From assembly GCA_034521595.1 (NCBI GenBank), contig JAXHMG010000003.1, positions 2,432,001 to 2,496,000 on the forward strand: a DNA stretch of 64,000 nucleotides, in the 5' to 3' direction. The notes under the pieces were generated by a model, which saw only the letters and a program-made list of their open reading frames with translations, did not search any database and was not told the origin of the DNA. This document shows positions 38,785-49,558 of the stretch, one piece after another. How positions within the stretch are numbered: position 1 is the first letter of the stretch; each line of letters starts with the position of its first letter. Made by a program: the position numbers and the translations under genes. Origin of the DNA: Gemmatimonadota bacterium (lineage in GTDB: Bacteria; Gemmatimonadota; Gemmatimonadetes; Longimicrobiales; Gaopeijiaceae).

Positions 38785-41700
38785 CTACGACACCACCCCT
38801 CCGGGCTCGATGCGCACCCGGGCCCGCCCGGCGCTACAAGGCCACAGTGGCGTGACCGACAGGCCCTGCACGGAGGATTCCGCCCCTCGCTCGGACTTGG
38901 ACATCGTGCGGATCTCGTAGCGCCACCAATCGGCGGGCTCCGGATCGGTCACGAGCGCCACGTCCCGGGAAAGGGAGAGCTCCGGCGCGAACCACGCGTC
39001 CTCCGGAAACGCCGCCGGATCCCACCGGTACGCGATCTCCAGCGCCCCGTCTTCCTCGAACGTCAGCTCCTTCATCAACGCACCCCGGCCCTCGAACGAG
39101 AGGGCGATTCGGACCACTCCATCCGCCGTCTCGTGCGCGTGCTCCGGCCGCTCCGACGACCAGACCCTGAGCGGCTCGTAGTCCGCGATCTCGTACGTCT
39201 CCCGGTCGAGCGCTCCGTCCAACACACGCTCGACGGTCAGGGCCCGGTCCTCCGCGTCGTAGGGGGGGAGCTCGGTGAAGCCCAGCCGTTCCTCCATATC
39301 GTGGATCGACGGCATGCCCTCATCGGGGGCGGCCTTGTCGTGACGGTCGCTCGAGCCGCCCCCGCCGCTGTCGCGCCCTTCCGACCCGGATACGCCGACG
39401 CTGCCGCTCCCCGCATCCTTGTCGGTGTCCGCTCCAGCCCGGTGGTAGCTTTCCCAGCGCCTCGTGAGCACGTCGCCGAGGTTCAGGCGCGCGGCGAAGC
39501 TCGTGAGCTCGGTGACGGCACCGCCACGGTCCAGATCGACCATGCTCGAAAAGGCATGGGAGTGCACCCAGAGCTCCCGGGTGCCGTTTCCACCCACCGC
39601 CAACCCTTCGAGCTCGAGCGGTTCCCCCACCCGTAGCGCCTCCTCGGCCTCGGCGAGGCTGGCCCATATCGCTTCTCGAAGGTGCTTCAGGTACAACCCG
39701 CCGAACACTCCGTGCCAATACGCGTCGTTGCACCGCGCGCGACCGACGGCATGGCGAACGGCGGGGGGAGCGTCGCGTTGGCGCGCCAGATCGGCGAGGA
39801 GCGAGGCCTTCCTGTGCATGCGTCCCGACTCGGGATACATCGACATGAAGTTGCGCCAGTGCCCGCCCCGCACGAACCGGGCACCGACGTCCGCGACGCC
39901 GATGCGCTCGAGGGTCTCCTCGATCCCTTCCAACGCCACGGCGGAAGCGGCCGGCAGCGACCACCCTTCCATCTCACGGTACGCCGCGGAGGGCAGGTAG
40001 GACGGACCGGCGTGCGGCACGGTCTCGACGGCCTCTCCGGCGCCGAGCATCTCCACGACGCCTTCGTCCACCAGCCGCGTCATCGTGTCGAGGAAGTCCT
40101 CCAACCAGCCGGACTCCCAGACCCACTCGGCGGTCCCTGGCCATCCACCGAACTTCTCCCCGTCGTCAGCGAGGATGGCGAGCGGGTAGTCCTCGCCCCG
40201 CAGCCCACGCACGTAATCCTCGAGCTCCGAGACCGGTCGGAACGGGACGAGATACCGCAAGCGCTCGTCGATCGGGAGAAGCGCCATGCCGTGGCCACCC
40301 GCTTCCGTGGTGTGCGGGCGGTGAAGGGTCTCCGGGGGATGACCCGCGACGAGGAAGTGCCGGTCGTCCACGAAAGCATGGCGAACCCCCGCCCCAACCA
40401 GATCCTCGGCCAGATCGGGCTCCCACACACGCTCGGTGAGCCAGAGCCCCGAGGCTTCGACACCGAACCGACGCTCCACCCACTCGCTCATCCACTCGAT
40501 CTGCTCGAAGCGCTCGGTCCGTGAGAGCGCCGGCAGAACGGGCTCGTACAATCCGGACAGAAGCATCTCGACTTGGCCTTCAGAGGCCAGATCGCCGATC
40601 CGGTCGAGAAGCGGGTGGCGGGCCCGCTCGAGCCACTCCAAGAGCGGCCCCGACACGTGCAGGGAGAGCGGAAGAAGCTCGCGGTCGGCCAGACGCTCGA
40701 GAAAGGGCAGGTAAACCTCGTCCGTATGGCTCCGGAAGACCGAATCGAAGTTTCCCACGGGCTGGTGAAGGTGCAGGCCGAACACGAAACCGACGGGCCT
40801 CCGCCCCCCGAGCGCTCGTGGTTGGAAGGACGACTCGCCGAAGCCCAGCGCATGCGCCACCCGCCGGCTGGACTCGTCCGGGCCCGCCGGAACGCGGGAT
40901 GTGTGGTGCGCGAAGAGGGTCTGTGCGGCCCGGAGCGTTTCGTGGTCCTCCGGCCTCAGGGCGTGCGCGCGGGCGGAGGCTTCACGGGCCGCTTCCGGCC
41001 CCGGAGCACGCAGAAAGCGCCGTACGGCCGTGAGCAAGGGCGCATCCCGCACGCGAGTGCCCTTGCGCGCGTCCGAGCCCGACGGGGTCCGGGCGGGCTC
41101 GCCACCCGACACGAATTCCGGGGCTACCTCCGCGCTCGTTCCTGTTATGGGGCGCCCGCGCCGGACACCCTCGTCCCAGATCCGGCGCCCGTCACCCACC
41201 GCCGGATCGTTGCTCTCGGCTTCCGCGAGGCGAGCGCGCAGACGCTCTTCCCACGCCCCACCGGCAAGCCCGAGCAGGTCCAGCGCGTGCGCCGCGTACC
41301 GCAACACCTGCAGGGGCTCGAGCCTCGCCAGGTCGTCGAAGAACCATCCACACGAGGTGAACATCCGGAGCGCGTCCACCTCCGCCTCCAGCAGCGCGAC
41401 GAGCCGCTCGATCCCTTCCGCGTCGAGCCCGGGGCGTGCTCTGTCGCGCACGAACGCGCGCTTGTCGGCCAACGTTCCCTCGAGGACCCGGCCGTACGCA
41501 TCCCGGAGAGCCCACGGATCGTCGAGCCAGACGGACGCTTCCTCCTCGAACAGGGCATGAATATCACCTGCGAGCTCGTCGAGCGCGTCCCGCAGCACCT
41601 TGCGCCACGCCTGCTGCGTGTCTTCGTGGGGCGCGACCTTGCACCCACATGCGGCTCGCCAACGCTCGACGCCGTGCGCGCACGACCAGGAGCTCGGCTC

Positions 41701-42585
41701 GACCAACGTCACTTCCTCCACGGGCGGATTACGGCGCAGGAACGAGGCGTAGCTCTCGAGGCGAACGTCGCCCCGACGCTCGAGCCCCGACAGCGTCGCG
41801 GCGAGCGCCATGTCCGACCACGGGTGGTGGTGTCCGAACGTCTCGCCGTCGGTCGCGAGCGAGACCAACCGCGTGTCCGGAGCTTTCGCCTGATTCGCCA
41901 AGTCACGGATCCACGCGTCGGCGTCGCCGAGCAGCGAGCCGAACGCCACGCCGTGCGAGAGCGCTCCGTCGTAGATGAAGACCGCGATCGAGCGGCCACC
42001 CCCAAGGGAGACTTTGCCCGGCATGCCGTCCGCCGGTGGCGTCTCCACTTGGTCCGGGGCGAGCACGGTGAAGGCGATCCCCTCGTCGGCGAGCACCTCG
42101 AGGGTCTCCGTGTCCACGGCCGTCTCCGGGAGCCACATCCCCTCGGGCTCCCGTCCGAATCGTCTACGAAAGTCGGCGATGCCCCACCGCACCTCGGTCA
42201 CCTTGTCACGGCGCGACGCCAGGGGGAGGATCATGTGGTGATATGGTGCGGCCAGGGCGTTGCCCGTGCCCGCACGGCCCACGCTGCGCGCATCGGCCTC
42301 CAGGAACGCGGCGTACGTCGCGGGTGCCTCCCGCGCGAGCCATCGAAGCAGGGTGGGGCCCGCATCCCAGCTCATCCATTCGAGGGTGTTGAGCACGTCG
42401 CGGATGCGCCCGTCTCGGTCCAGGACCCGCGCCTCCGTCACCGGACGATAGCATTCCGCCAGGATGCGCTCGTTCCAGTCGTGATACGGCGCCGCGGACA
42501 GTTCCCGGGGGACCCGCCCGGTCACGGGATCCTCCCGCGGCGGCTGATAGAAATGGCCGTGCACGACCACCGATGGACGGCTCAC
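38785..42585 (-). CDS. Tandem GH57 fusion (DUF3536-type GH57 plus 4-alpha-glucanotransferase-type GH57)
   Basis: HGHFYQP/WLPETA/ATDGETFGHH and HLHQP/WLTERVW/ADDGEKFG, NDAYWHGVFGGLY. Confidence 0.88.
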   Translation of the reverse strand: MSRPSVVVHGHFYQPPREDPVTGRVPRELSAAPYHDWNERILAECYRPVTEARVLDRDGRIRDVLNTLEWMSWDAGPTLLRWLAREAPATYAAFLEADARSVGRAGTGNALAAPYHHMILPLASRRDKVTEVRWGIADFRRRFGREPEGMWLPETAVDTETLEVLADEGIAFTVLAPDQVETPPADGMPGKVSLGGGRSIAVFIYDGALSHGVAFGSLLGDADAWIRDLANQAKAPDTRLVSLATDGETFGHHHPWSDMALAATLSGLERRGDVRLESYASFLRRNPPVEEVTLVEPSSWSCAHGVERWRAACGCKVAPHEDTQQAWRKVLRDALDELAGDIHALFEEEASVWLDDPWALRDAYGRVLEGTLADKRAFVRDRARPGLDAEGIERLVALLEAEVDALRMFTSCGWFFDDLARLEPLQVLRYAAHALDLLGLAGGAWEERLRARLAEAESNDPAVGDGRRIWDEGVRRGRPITGTSAEVAPEFVSGGEPARTPSGSDARKGTRVRDAPLLTAVRRFLRAPGPEAAREASARAHALRPEDHETLRAAQTLFAHHTSRVPAGPDESSRRVAHALGFGESSFQPRALGGRRPVGFVFGLHLHQPVGNFDSVFRSHTDEVYLPFLERLADRELLPLSLHVSGPLLEWLERARHPLLDRIGDLASEGQVEMLLSGLYEPVLPALSRTERFEQIEWMSEWVERRFGVEASGLWLTERVWEPDLAEDLVGAGVRHAFVDDRHFLVAGHPPETLHRPHTTEAGGHGMALLPIDERLRYLVPFRPVSELEDYVRGLRGEDYPLAILADDGEKFGGWPGTAEWVWESGWLEDFLDTMTRLVDEGVVEMLGAGEAVETVPHAGPSYLPSAAYREMEGWSLPAASAVALEGIEETLERIGVADVGARFVRGGHWRNFMSMYPESGRMHRKASLLADLARQRDAPPAVRHAVGRARCNDAYWHGVFGGLYLKHLREAIWASLAEAEEALRVGEPLELEGLAVGGNGTRELWVHSHAFSSMVDLDRGGAVTELTSFAARLNLGDVLTRRWESYHRAGADTDKDAGSGSVGVSGSEGRDSGGGGSSDRHDKAAPDEGMPSIHDMEERLGFTELPPYDAEDRALTVERVLDGALDRETYEIADYEPLRVWSSERPEHAHETADGVVRIALSFEGRGALMKELTFEEDGALEIAYRWDPAAFPEDAWFAPELSLSRDVALVTDPEPADWWRYEIRTMSKSERGAESSVQGLSVTPLWPCSAGRARVRIEPGGVVS

Positions 42586-44123
42586 GACTCACGCTCCTCT
42601 TCCCCACCACCGCCTTCAACGATCCAACGGCGATGGTTCCGGGCCGCCTCGTATACATCCCCGTACTCGGCTGCCGACCGGTCCCAGCTGAAGTCCCGCT
42701 CCATCGCCGAGCGCACGCGCTCCTCCCACGCCGCTCGGTTCCGGTAGAGGTCGATCGCGTACCCGACGACTTCCTCGAGCGCCCACGGCTGGTACTCGTC
42801 GAACAGGAAGCCGGTGATGCGGTCCTCGACGGTGTCCGTCAGCCCTCCTACCCGCCGCGCGACCGGCAGGGCTCCGTACCGTTGCGCTCGCATCTGAGTG
42901 AGACCGCAGGGCTCGTAGAGGGAAGGCATCAGCAGAAAATCCGCTGCCGCCAGGAGCTTGTGCTCACGCTCCTCCGTGAACGAGAAGCTGTGCCCGATCC
43001 GGTCGGGCGCTTGGGTCGCCAGCCGGGCGATCGCCTCCTGGTAGCGCGCCTCGCCCTCGCCCAGAAACGCCCACTGCGCGTCCAGCCTCGGGATCATCTC
43101 CGCACCGAGGATGATGTCGAGTCCTTTCTGCTCGACGAGGCGCGCGCTCATCGCGAACAGCGGAGCGGTGGGATCCGGGGTGAGCCCCAGGCGCTTCTGG
43201 AACCACACCTTGCAACGGTCCTTTCCCGAGAGGTCCTCGGCAGTGTAAGGCGCTTCGATGGCCGGGTCGCTCGCCGGATTCCACACCTCGTAGTCGATCC
43301 CGTTGAGGATGCCCACGAACCGGTCCTGGAGCTGGTTGAAGGTGTCGTGCAGACCGAAACCACCCGTGTGGGTCCGGAGCTCGTGCGCGTGTGTCGGGCT
43401 GACCGTCGTCACCATGTCCGCGAAGACCAGCCCACCCTTGAGCAGGTTCACGTTCCCGTACCACTCCATCCGGTCCAACGTGAAGAGCTCCATGCCGAGA
43501 CCGAGCTCGGCCAGGGCCTCGGGAGGATAATGTCCTTGGTAACCCGCGTTGTGGACGGTGAGCACCGACGCGACGTCATCGTAGAACGGGTCGTCGGCCA
43601 GGACGGTTCGGAGGTACACCGGCGCGAGCGCGGTATGCCAGTCGTGGGGATGGATGAGCACCGGCGCGTCCCCGAAGCGGGGAAGGCACTGGAGCACGGC
43701 CCGACAAAAGAAGGAGAAGCGGAGGTGGTTGTCCGGATAGTCGTGCCCCTCGCCGTAGAGCCCCGGTCGGTCGAAAAACCCGTCGTGCTCCACGAAATAC
43801 ACGCTCGGACCCTCCTCGCCCACCGCCGCGTCCTCGAAGATCCTCGCCCACTCGGGCCCTCGCGACGTCGGCACCTCGAACCCGTCCCCCACCGCGCGGA
43901 GCTCCGCGGCGGACTCACGCACCCGACGGTATAGGGGCATAAAGACCGAGGTCTTCCGTCCCGCCCTGGCTTGGTAGGTCGCGATTCCCCGCACGGCCTC
44001 CGCCAGGCCGCCGGTACGGGCATACGGCCAGTATTCGGTGGCCAGGTGAACCACGGCGTGGCCCTCGCTGGATCGCCGCGTGTTCTGGACAGAGGAATGG
44101 GCGTCGGCGGCTGCTGGTGGCAT
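42582..44123 (-). CDS. glgA: Glycogen synthase
   Basis: RTGGL, HPHDWHT, TVHNAGYQG, GILNGID, PSLYEPCGLTQM, VGGLTDTV. Confidence 0.93.
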   Translation of the reverse strand: MPPAAADAHSSVQNTRRSSEGHAVVHLATEYWPYARTGGLAEAVRGIATYQARAGRKTSVFMPLYRRVRESAAELRAVGDGFEVPTSRGPEWARIFEDAAVGEEGPSVYFVEHDGFFDRPGLYGEGHDYPDNHLRFSFFCRAVLQCLPRFGDAPVLIHPHDWHTALAPVYLRTVLADDPFYDDVASVLTVHNAGYQGHYPPEALAELGLGMELFTLDRMEWYGNVNLLKGGLVFADMVTTVSPTHAHELRTHTGGFGLHDTFNQLQDRFVGILNGIDYEVWNPASDPAIEAPYTAEDLSGKDRCKVWFQKRLGLTPDPTAPLFAMSARLVEQKGLDIILGAEMIPRLDAQWAFLGEGEARYQEAIARLATQAPDRIGHSFSFTEEREHKLLAAADFLLMPSLYEPCGLTQMRAQRYGALPVARRVGGLTDTVEDRITGFLFDEYQPWALEEVVGYAIDLYRNRAAWEERVRSAMERDFSWDRSAAEYGDVYEAARNHRRWIVEGGGGEEERES

Positions 44124-44242
44124 GGCGGAGGCTCGGCTGACGGTGGACCCGGCGGACGTGTTGCCACAACATACACTTGTGGAGGGGCCAGTTCGAACCC
44201 CTCTTACCCACCGTTTCCCTTTTCGTCGATGTCGGAGCCCTC

Positions 44243-46465
44243 GTGACCGTTCTCTCCGAAGAAGTCGTCGATGCGCTCGCCGCCGGAACGCTCGATACGC
44301 CTTTCGACGTGCTGGGCATCCACCCGGCCCCGAAGGAGCGGGGAAAGCGTTCGGACGGCAAGGTGATCCGGGCGTTCATTCCGTGGGCCCGGTCGATCCA
44401 CGTCGTCCGCGGCGACACGCGCATCCCGATGGAGCGCCTCCACGCGTCCGGGCTGTACGTGGCGTCCTTCGACGACGAAGCGTTCTTCCCCTACCGGCTC
44501 TCCGTCGAAGACCCGAACGGGCGCGAGTGGGAGATCGACGATCCGTACCGGTTCCCCCCGGGGCTCGACGAGTCTCGCGTGCGCGCCTTCCTCTCGGGGC
44601 GCGAGCGACGCGTGCACCAGGTTCTCGGAGCGCGGCCGATGGAGCTGGACGGGGTCGCCGGCACGCTCTTCGCCGTATGGGCACCCCATGCCCGGGCCAT
44701 ATCGGTCATGGGAGACATGAACGGCTGGGACGGACGCTGTCACCCGATGCGCTTCCGTGGCGACACGGGTGTCTGGGAGCTGTTCATTCCCGCCGTCGGG
44801 CGAGGAGCTCGCTACAAGTTCCGGATCGTCGATTGCCACGGCGCCGTATTGGAAAAGACCGACCCTTGCGGCCGCGCCGTCGAGCTGCGACCGGCGACGG
44901 CCTCGGAGGTATGGCGAGAGGACCGGTATCACTGGGCCGATGACGATTGGATGGAGGAACGCACGCGCTGGGACGCGGACCGCTCACCGATCTCGGTCTA
45001 CGAAGTCCATCTCGGGTCTTGGCTCCGGAGGGACGACCGTCCCGGCGAGGATCCGGGCTGGCTGACGTACCGGCAGCTCGCCGACCGGCTCGTGCCGTAC
45101 GCGGCCGACATGGGCTTCACCCACCTCGAGCTACTCCCCGTGCTGGAGCATCCGCTGGACCAGAGCTGGGGCTACCAACCGCTCGGCTTCTTCGCGCCCA
45201 CCTCCCGGTTCGGGACTCCCGACGACTTTCGGTACTTCGTCGACCGGGCGCATCAGGCCGGTATCGGCGTCATCCTCGACTGGGTTCCGGGGCACTTCCC
45301 GGAAGACGCGCACGGCCTGGTCCGCTTCGACGGGACGGATCTCTACGAGCACGCGGCCCCGGGTCAGGCACGCCACCCGGACTGGGGCACGCTGTCCTTC
45401 GACTTCGAGAGTCCGGCCGTGCGGTCGTTCCTGATCTCCAGCGCGCTGCACTGGCTCGAGGACTATCACCTGGACGGACTACGCGTGGACGCGGTCGCCT
45501 CCATGCTCTACCTGGACTACTCCCGCCGCGAGGGCGAGTGGACCCCCAATATCCACGGCGGTAGGGAGAACCTGGGTGCCGTAGCCTTCCTGAAGGAGCT
45601 CAACGACGCGGTGCACGCGGAGTGCCCCGGAGCACTCACCATCGCGGAAGAGTCCACGTCCTGGCCCCAGGTGTCGCACGGCACGGACAGGGGCGGCCTC
45701 GGCTTCGACCAGAAGTGGAACATGGGGTGGATGAACGACACCCTGGAGGTCATGGAGACGGATCCGCTCTACCGGAAGTACCGCTACGGAAGCTTCACCT
45801 TCTCGCTGCTCTACGCCTTCAGCGAGCGCTTCGTTCTCCCGTTCTCGCACGACGAAGTGGTCCACGGGAAGCTGTCCATGCTCTCCAAGATGCCGGGCCC
45901 CAACGTGGAGAAGTTCGCCAACCTGCGGGCCCTTTACGGCTTTCAGTGGGCACACCCCGGGAAGAAGCTCCTTTTCATGGGATGTGAGCTCGGGCAGTGG
46001 ACCGAGTGGAGCGTGGACGGGTCCCTCGACTGGCCCTTGCTGGATTTCGAAACGCACGAAGGACTCCGCCTGCTCGTCGGTGATTTGAACCGACTCTACC
46101 GCGAGGAGCCGGCTCTCCACGTCCAGGACTTTCACCCGGACGGCTTCGAGTGGCTCGACTGTGAGGACGCGAACCGCGTCCTCCTGGCTTGGGTGCGGTG
46201 GGCCCCCGAGTGGCGGGACTACATCGCCGTCGCCGTCAACCTGACGCCAGTGCCCCGGCCGGACTTCAAGCTTCCGGTTCCGTTCTCCGGGCGTCACCGG
46301 GTGGTGCTCAACACGGACGCGCCGGAATACGGGGCCGACGGCGGGCTGTTGGTTCCGCCCACGCTCGACACCCGTGCCGAGTCGTACAAAGGACGCGAGC
46401 ATGTGCTCGACCTGCCGCTGCCCGGCCTGTCGACCATCTACGTCAAGCCCGACGAGCCAGGCTGA
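44243..46465 (+). CDS. glgB: 1,4-alpha-glucan branching enzyme
   Basis: YEVHLGSW, SWGYQ, DWVPGHF, DGLRVDAVASML, AEEST, SHDEVVHGK. Confidence 0.95.
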   Translation: MTVLSEEVVDALAAGTLDTPFDVLGIHPAPKERGKRSDGKVIRAFIPWARSIHVVRGDTRIPMERLHASGLYVASFDDEAFFPYRLSVEDPNGREWEIDDPYRFPPGLDESRVRAFLSGRERRVHQVLGARPMELDGVAGTLFAVWAPHARAISVMGDMNGWDGRCHPMRFRGDTGVWELFIPAVGRGARYKFRIVDCHGAVLEKTDPCGRAVELRPATASEVWREDRYHWADDDWMEERTRWDADRSPISVYEVHLGSWLRRDDRPGEDPGWLTYRQLADRLVPYAADMGFTHLELLPVLEHPLDQSWGYQPLGFFAPTSRFGTPDDFRYFVDRAHQAGIGVILDWVPGHFPEDAHGLVRFDGTDLYEHAAPGQARHPDWGTLSFDFESPAVRSFLISSALHWLEDYHLDGLRVDAVASMLYLDYSRREGEWTPNIHGGRENLGAVAFLKELNDAVHAECPGALTIAEESTSWPQVSHGTDRGGLGFDQKWNMGWMNDTLEVMETDPLYRKYRYGSFTFSLLYAFSERFVLPFSHDEVVHGKLSMLSKMPGPNVEKFANLRALYGFQWAHPGKKLLFMGCELGQWTEWSVDGSLDWPLLDFETHEGLRLLVGDLNRLYREEPALHVQDFHPDGFEWLDCEDANRVLLAWVRWAPEWRDYIAVAVNLTPVPRPDFKLPVPFSGRHRVVLNTDAPEYGADGGLLVPPTLDTRAESYKGREHVLDLPLPGLSTIYVKPDEPG

Positions 46466-46489
46466 CCGACGGCCGACGGGACACGCTTG

Positions 46490-48694
46490 CTACGGCCCGT
46501 CTCCCGACGCGACTCCGGCCTTTTCCGAGCCCACCCCGACCGGTGGATCGTCTTCCTCCAGAACACCCTGCAGGGCGGGCGCGTAGAATTTCGATGCGTA
46601 GTCCTGTACCATCCGCCGCGCTGTGAAGGACTGGCCGGCCGAACGCAGGGCGTGCTTCATGTAATGCACGAATTTGCGCGGGACCCCGTCCTCGTCCTCC
46701 TCGTAGTAGAGCGGCACGACCTCGCGCTCGAGGATCTCGAAGAGCGCTTCGTGATCCTGAGCATCGACCTCCTCCTCGGTGCCTTCGGCTCGAGGGAGCG
46801 CCCAACCGTTGTCGCCCGTGAAGCCCTCGGCCCACCATCCGTCCAGCGTGCTCAGATGCGGCACGCAGTTCAGGGCGGCCTTCATGCCGCTCGTGCCCGA
46901 CGCCTCCATGGGGGCACGGGGCGTATTGAGCCAGACGTCGACCCCCTGGACCAGCCGGTGAGCGACGTGGAGCTCGTAATCCTCCATGAACGCGATGCGC
47001 CCCTCGTATCGAGGATCCCGAGTCGCCTGCCACACCTTCTGGAGAACCCGCTTCGCCGTGTCGTCGGCGGGGTGCGCCTTACCGGCGAACACGAGCTGAA
47101 CCGGCCTGCGCGGATCGGTCAGGAGCCGAGCCAGGCGCTCCTCGTCCATGAACAGCAGGTGCGCGCGCTTGTACGTGGCGAAGCGCCGCGCGAACCCGAG
47201 CGTGAGGGGCTCGGGCGCCAGTAACGTCCCACGTCCCACCAGCTGCGACGCCTCCTTCCAGAGGTCCCGCCACCGGGTGCGGGACTCCTCACGGCAGAAG
47301 TGCAACAACACCTTCTTCAGCTCGACGTGTGCCTCCCAGAGCTTCCTGTCGTCCAGCTCGAGCACGCGGTCCCACAGAGTCGGATCGTCGAGGTGGGATC
47401 CCCAATCGGCCCCCAGGTGCTCGTCGAGCAGCTCCATGTATCGATGAGACATCCAGGTGCCCAGGTGCACTCCGTTCGTGACGCCCTGGATCGGCACGTG
47501 TGCCACGTCGCGGCCGGGCCACAAGCACGTCCAGAGCTTGCGGGTGACGTCCTTGTGTAGGGCCGACACGCCGTTGACGTGTCCGGCAAGGCGAATCGCG
47601 GCGGCCGTCATGTGGAAGCGGTTGTGATCGATCTCCGGGTGATTGCCGATCGCCCCGAAGCTCTCCCGGTCCATTCCGACGGATTCGTGATACTCGCCGC
47701 ACACGGAATCGATGAGCTCGGGGGGAAACATGTCGTGGCCTGCGGGAACCGGCGTGTGCGTGGTGAAGACGGACCGCGACCGCACCGCTCGCACCGCTTC
47801 GTCCAGGCTCGCTCCGTCGGCCACGTGCTCGCGAAGGCGCTCGACCATCATGAACGCGGCGTGCCCTTCGTTCGCATGCCATGCTCCCGGCTCGATACCG
47901 AGCGCGCGAAGCACGCGTACGCCCCCGACTCCCAGGATCCATTCCTGCTTGAGTCGATGCTCCCGCCCACCACCGTAAAGCTGATACGTGAGCTCTCGGT
48001 CCTCCGGGTCGTTCTCCGGAAGATTGGTATCGAGGAGCACGAGCTTCGACCGTCCCACCCTGAGCTCCCAGGCTCCGATGGCCACGTCCTGGCCACCGGT
48101 CTCGAGCACCGTCAGCGTGGTTTCACCCTCCGGCCCGGAGAGCCTCACGAGCGGCATGACGTTGGGGTCGAACTCTTCGTCCGATCCCTCCTGCCACCCC
48201 TCCAGATTCAGGTGCTGGTCGAAGTAGCCCTTCGAATAGAGGAGTCCGACGCCCACCAGCGGCACGCCCAGATCCGACGCGGCCTTACAGTGGTCTCCGG
48301 CCAGGACGCCCAACCCCCCCGAGTAGATCGGGATGGAGTTGTGGAGTGCGAATTCCGCGCAGAAGTAGGCGACGGGCGCGGAGCCCAGGTTCGGGAACTG
48401 GTGCCGGAACCAGGTGTCCTCCGATTCGAGGGCGTGGTCGATCTCTTCCGCCACAGCATCGAGCTCTTCGAGGAACTCGGGATCGTTCGCGAGGTGCGCG
48501 AGCCGGCCCGGATCCATCTGCCGAAGGAGCGCGACCGGATTGTGCCGGAGCGCGGACCAGAGCACCGGGTCGAACTCGTTGCGGAAGAAGCTCCGAGCAC
48601 GCCGGTTCCAGCGCCAGATCAGGTTGAGCGAGAGTCGTTCGAGATCCTGCACACGTTCAGGCAGGAAGGGGATCTTGCCGGTACCGTCATTCAT
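46490..48694 (-). CDS. glgP: Alpha-glucan (glycogen/starch) phosphorylase
   Basis: YSGGLGVLAGDH, NEGHAAF, FARRFATYKR, EASGTSGMKA, STLDGWW. Confidence 0.95.
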   Translation of the reverse strand: MNDGTGKIPFLPERVQDLERLSLNLIWRWNRRARSFFRNEFDPVLWSALRHNPVALLRQMDPGRLAHLANDPEFLEELDAVAEEIDHALESEDTWFRHQFPNLGSAPVAYFCAEFALHNSIPIYSGGLGVLAGDHCKAASDLGVPLVGVGLLYSKGYFDQHLNLEGWQEGSDEEFDPNVMPLVRLSGPEGETTLTVLETGGQDVAIGAWELRVGRSKLVLLDTNLPENDPEDRELTYQLYGGGREHRLKQEWILGVGGVRVLRALGIEPGAWHANEGHAAFMMVERLREHVADGASLDEAVRAVRSRSVFTTHTPVPAGHDMFPPELIDSVCGEYHESVGMDRESFGAIGNHPEIDHNRFHMTAAAIRLAGHVNGVSALHKDVTRKLWTCLWPGRDVAHVPIQGVTNGVHLGTWMSHRYMELLDEHLGADWGSHLDDPTLWDRVLELDDRKLWEAHVELKKVLLHFCREESRTRWRDLWKEASQLVGRGTLLAPEPLTLGFARRFATYKRAHLLFMDEERLARLLTDPRRPVQLVFAGKAHPADDTAKRVLQKVWQATRDPRYEGRIAFMEDYELHVAHRLVQGVDVWLNTPRAPMEASGTSGMKAALNCVPHLSTLDGWWAEGFTGDNGWALPRAEGTEEEVDAQDHEALFEILEREVVPLYYEEDEDGVPRKFVHYMKHALRSAGQSFTARRMVQDYASKFYAPALQGVLEEDDPPVGVGSEKAGVASGDGP

Positions 48695-48895
48695 CGGATG
48701 TACGTCCGTGACCCGTAAGCCGGGCCCTGTGGGCGGAAGGTGCGGTGGAATCTCGTCGGCGGTCGACCTCCTGTGAAGGCCCGCGTGAGGCCCGCGGAGG
48801 CCACGGTGCATGGACACCGCACGTCTCCCGGCAACGTCGGACTCCCCACACTGACTCCACCTACGGTTTCTCCGCCGAGCACGCCGAGCTCAGGC

Positions 48896-49411
48896 CTAGC
48901 GGCCGAAGTCCAGGATCCCGAGCAACCAGGACAAGGGAAGGCTGAAATTCGGGTCGGTACGCTGACGTTCACTTCCGGATCCCGATAGCGTGGCCTGGAA
49001 GAGCGCGTAGGTTCCCGCGACCCCCGCGACCGCCAACGCTCCAGCCGCGATTGAACGCTCCCGTGAAAGGGTCTTCACCTGCATCTGTCGGATATCCGCC
49101 TGCGGGATGCGCAACGTGTCCACCAGGGTCTCGCTGTGACCGGGCCCCAGGTGGCGTGCCGGCACGCGGGCCCTGAGCAAGACGTCACTCGTGTCGTGCG
49201 AGAGTACCTGTCCCGTCACATCCGAGAGAGCCAACGCGCGCCGTTCCATCAGGTTGTCCCGGCCCGCGCCCGTGAGCTCCACCCGCACGTCCTGGCCCAA
49301 GGCGGGTTCCGGCGCATCGACCGCCTGATACGTGAAACAAGCCGTTCCGAGCGGGACGATACACGTCAGGGCGATGAGCCTCGTCCACCACAACCGCGAA
49401 CCGTTCTTCAT
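48896..49411 (-). CDS. Hypothetical lipoprotein
   Basis: GTAC lipobox; C-terminal hydrophobic helix. Confidence 0.65.
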   Translation of the reverse strand: MKNGSRLWWTRLIALTCIVPLGTACFTYQAVDAPEPALGQDVRVELTGAGRDNLMERRALALSDVTGQVLSHDTSDVLLRARVPARHLGPGHSETLVDTLRIPQADIRQMQVKTLSRERSIAAGALAVAGVAGTYALFQATLSGSGSERQRTDPNFSLPLSWLLGILDFGR

Positions 49412-49494
49412 ACGAGCACTCCGACCGACCTAAAAGGAATCACGCTCGCCGTGGTCCGGCCGAACCGTTCGGCGTGAGCACCCTAGATACCCGA

Positions 49495-49524
49495 ACGGCC
49501 TCCCGGCGTTCGCCGGGAGGCCGT
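49495..49524 (-). terminator. Hairpin downstream of the susD-like gene
   Basis: ACGGCCTCCCGGCG-tt-CGCCGGGAGGCCGT. Confidence 0.7.
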
Positions 49525-49558
49525 GGGCATGGAGCTCGGACTCAGGGTCCGGTGCAGC

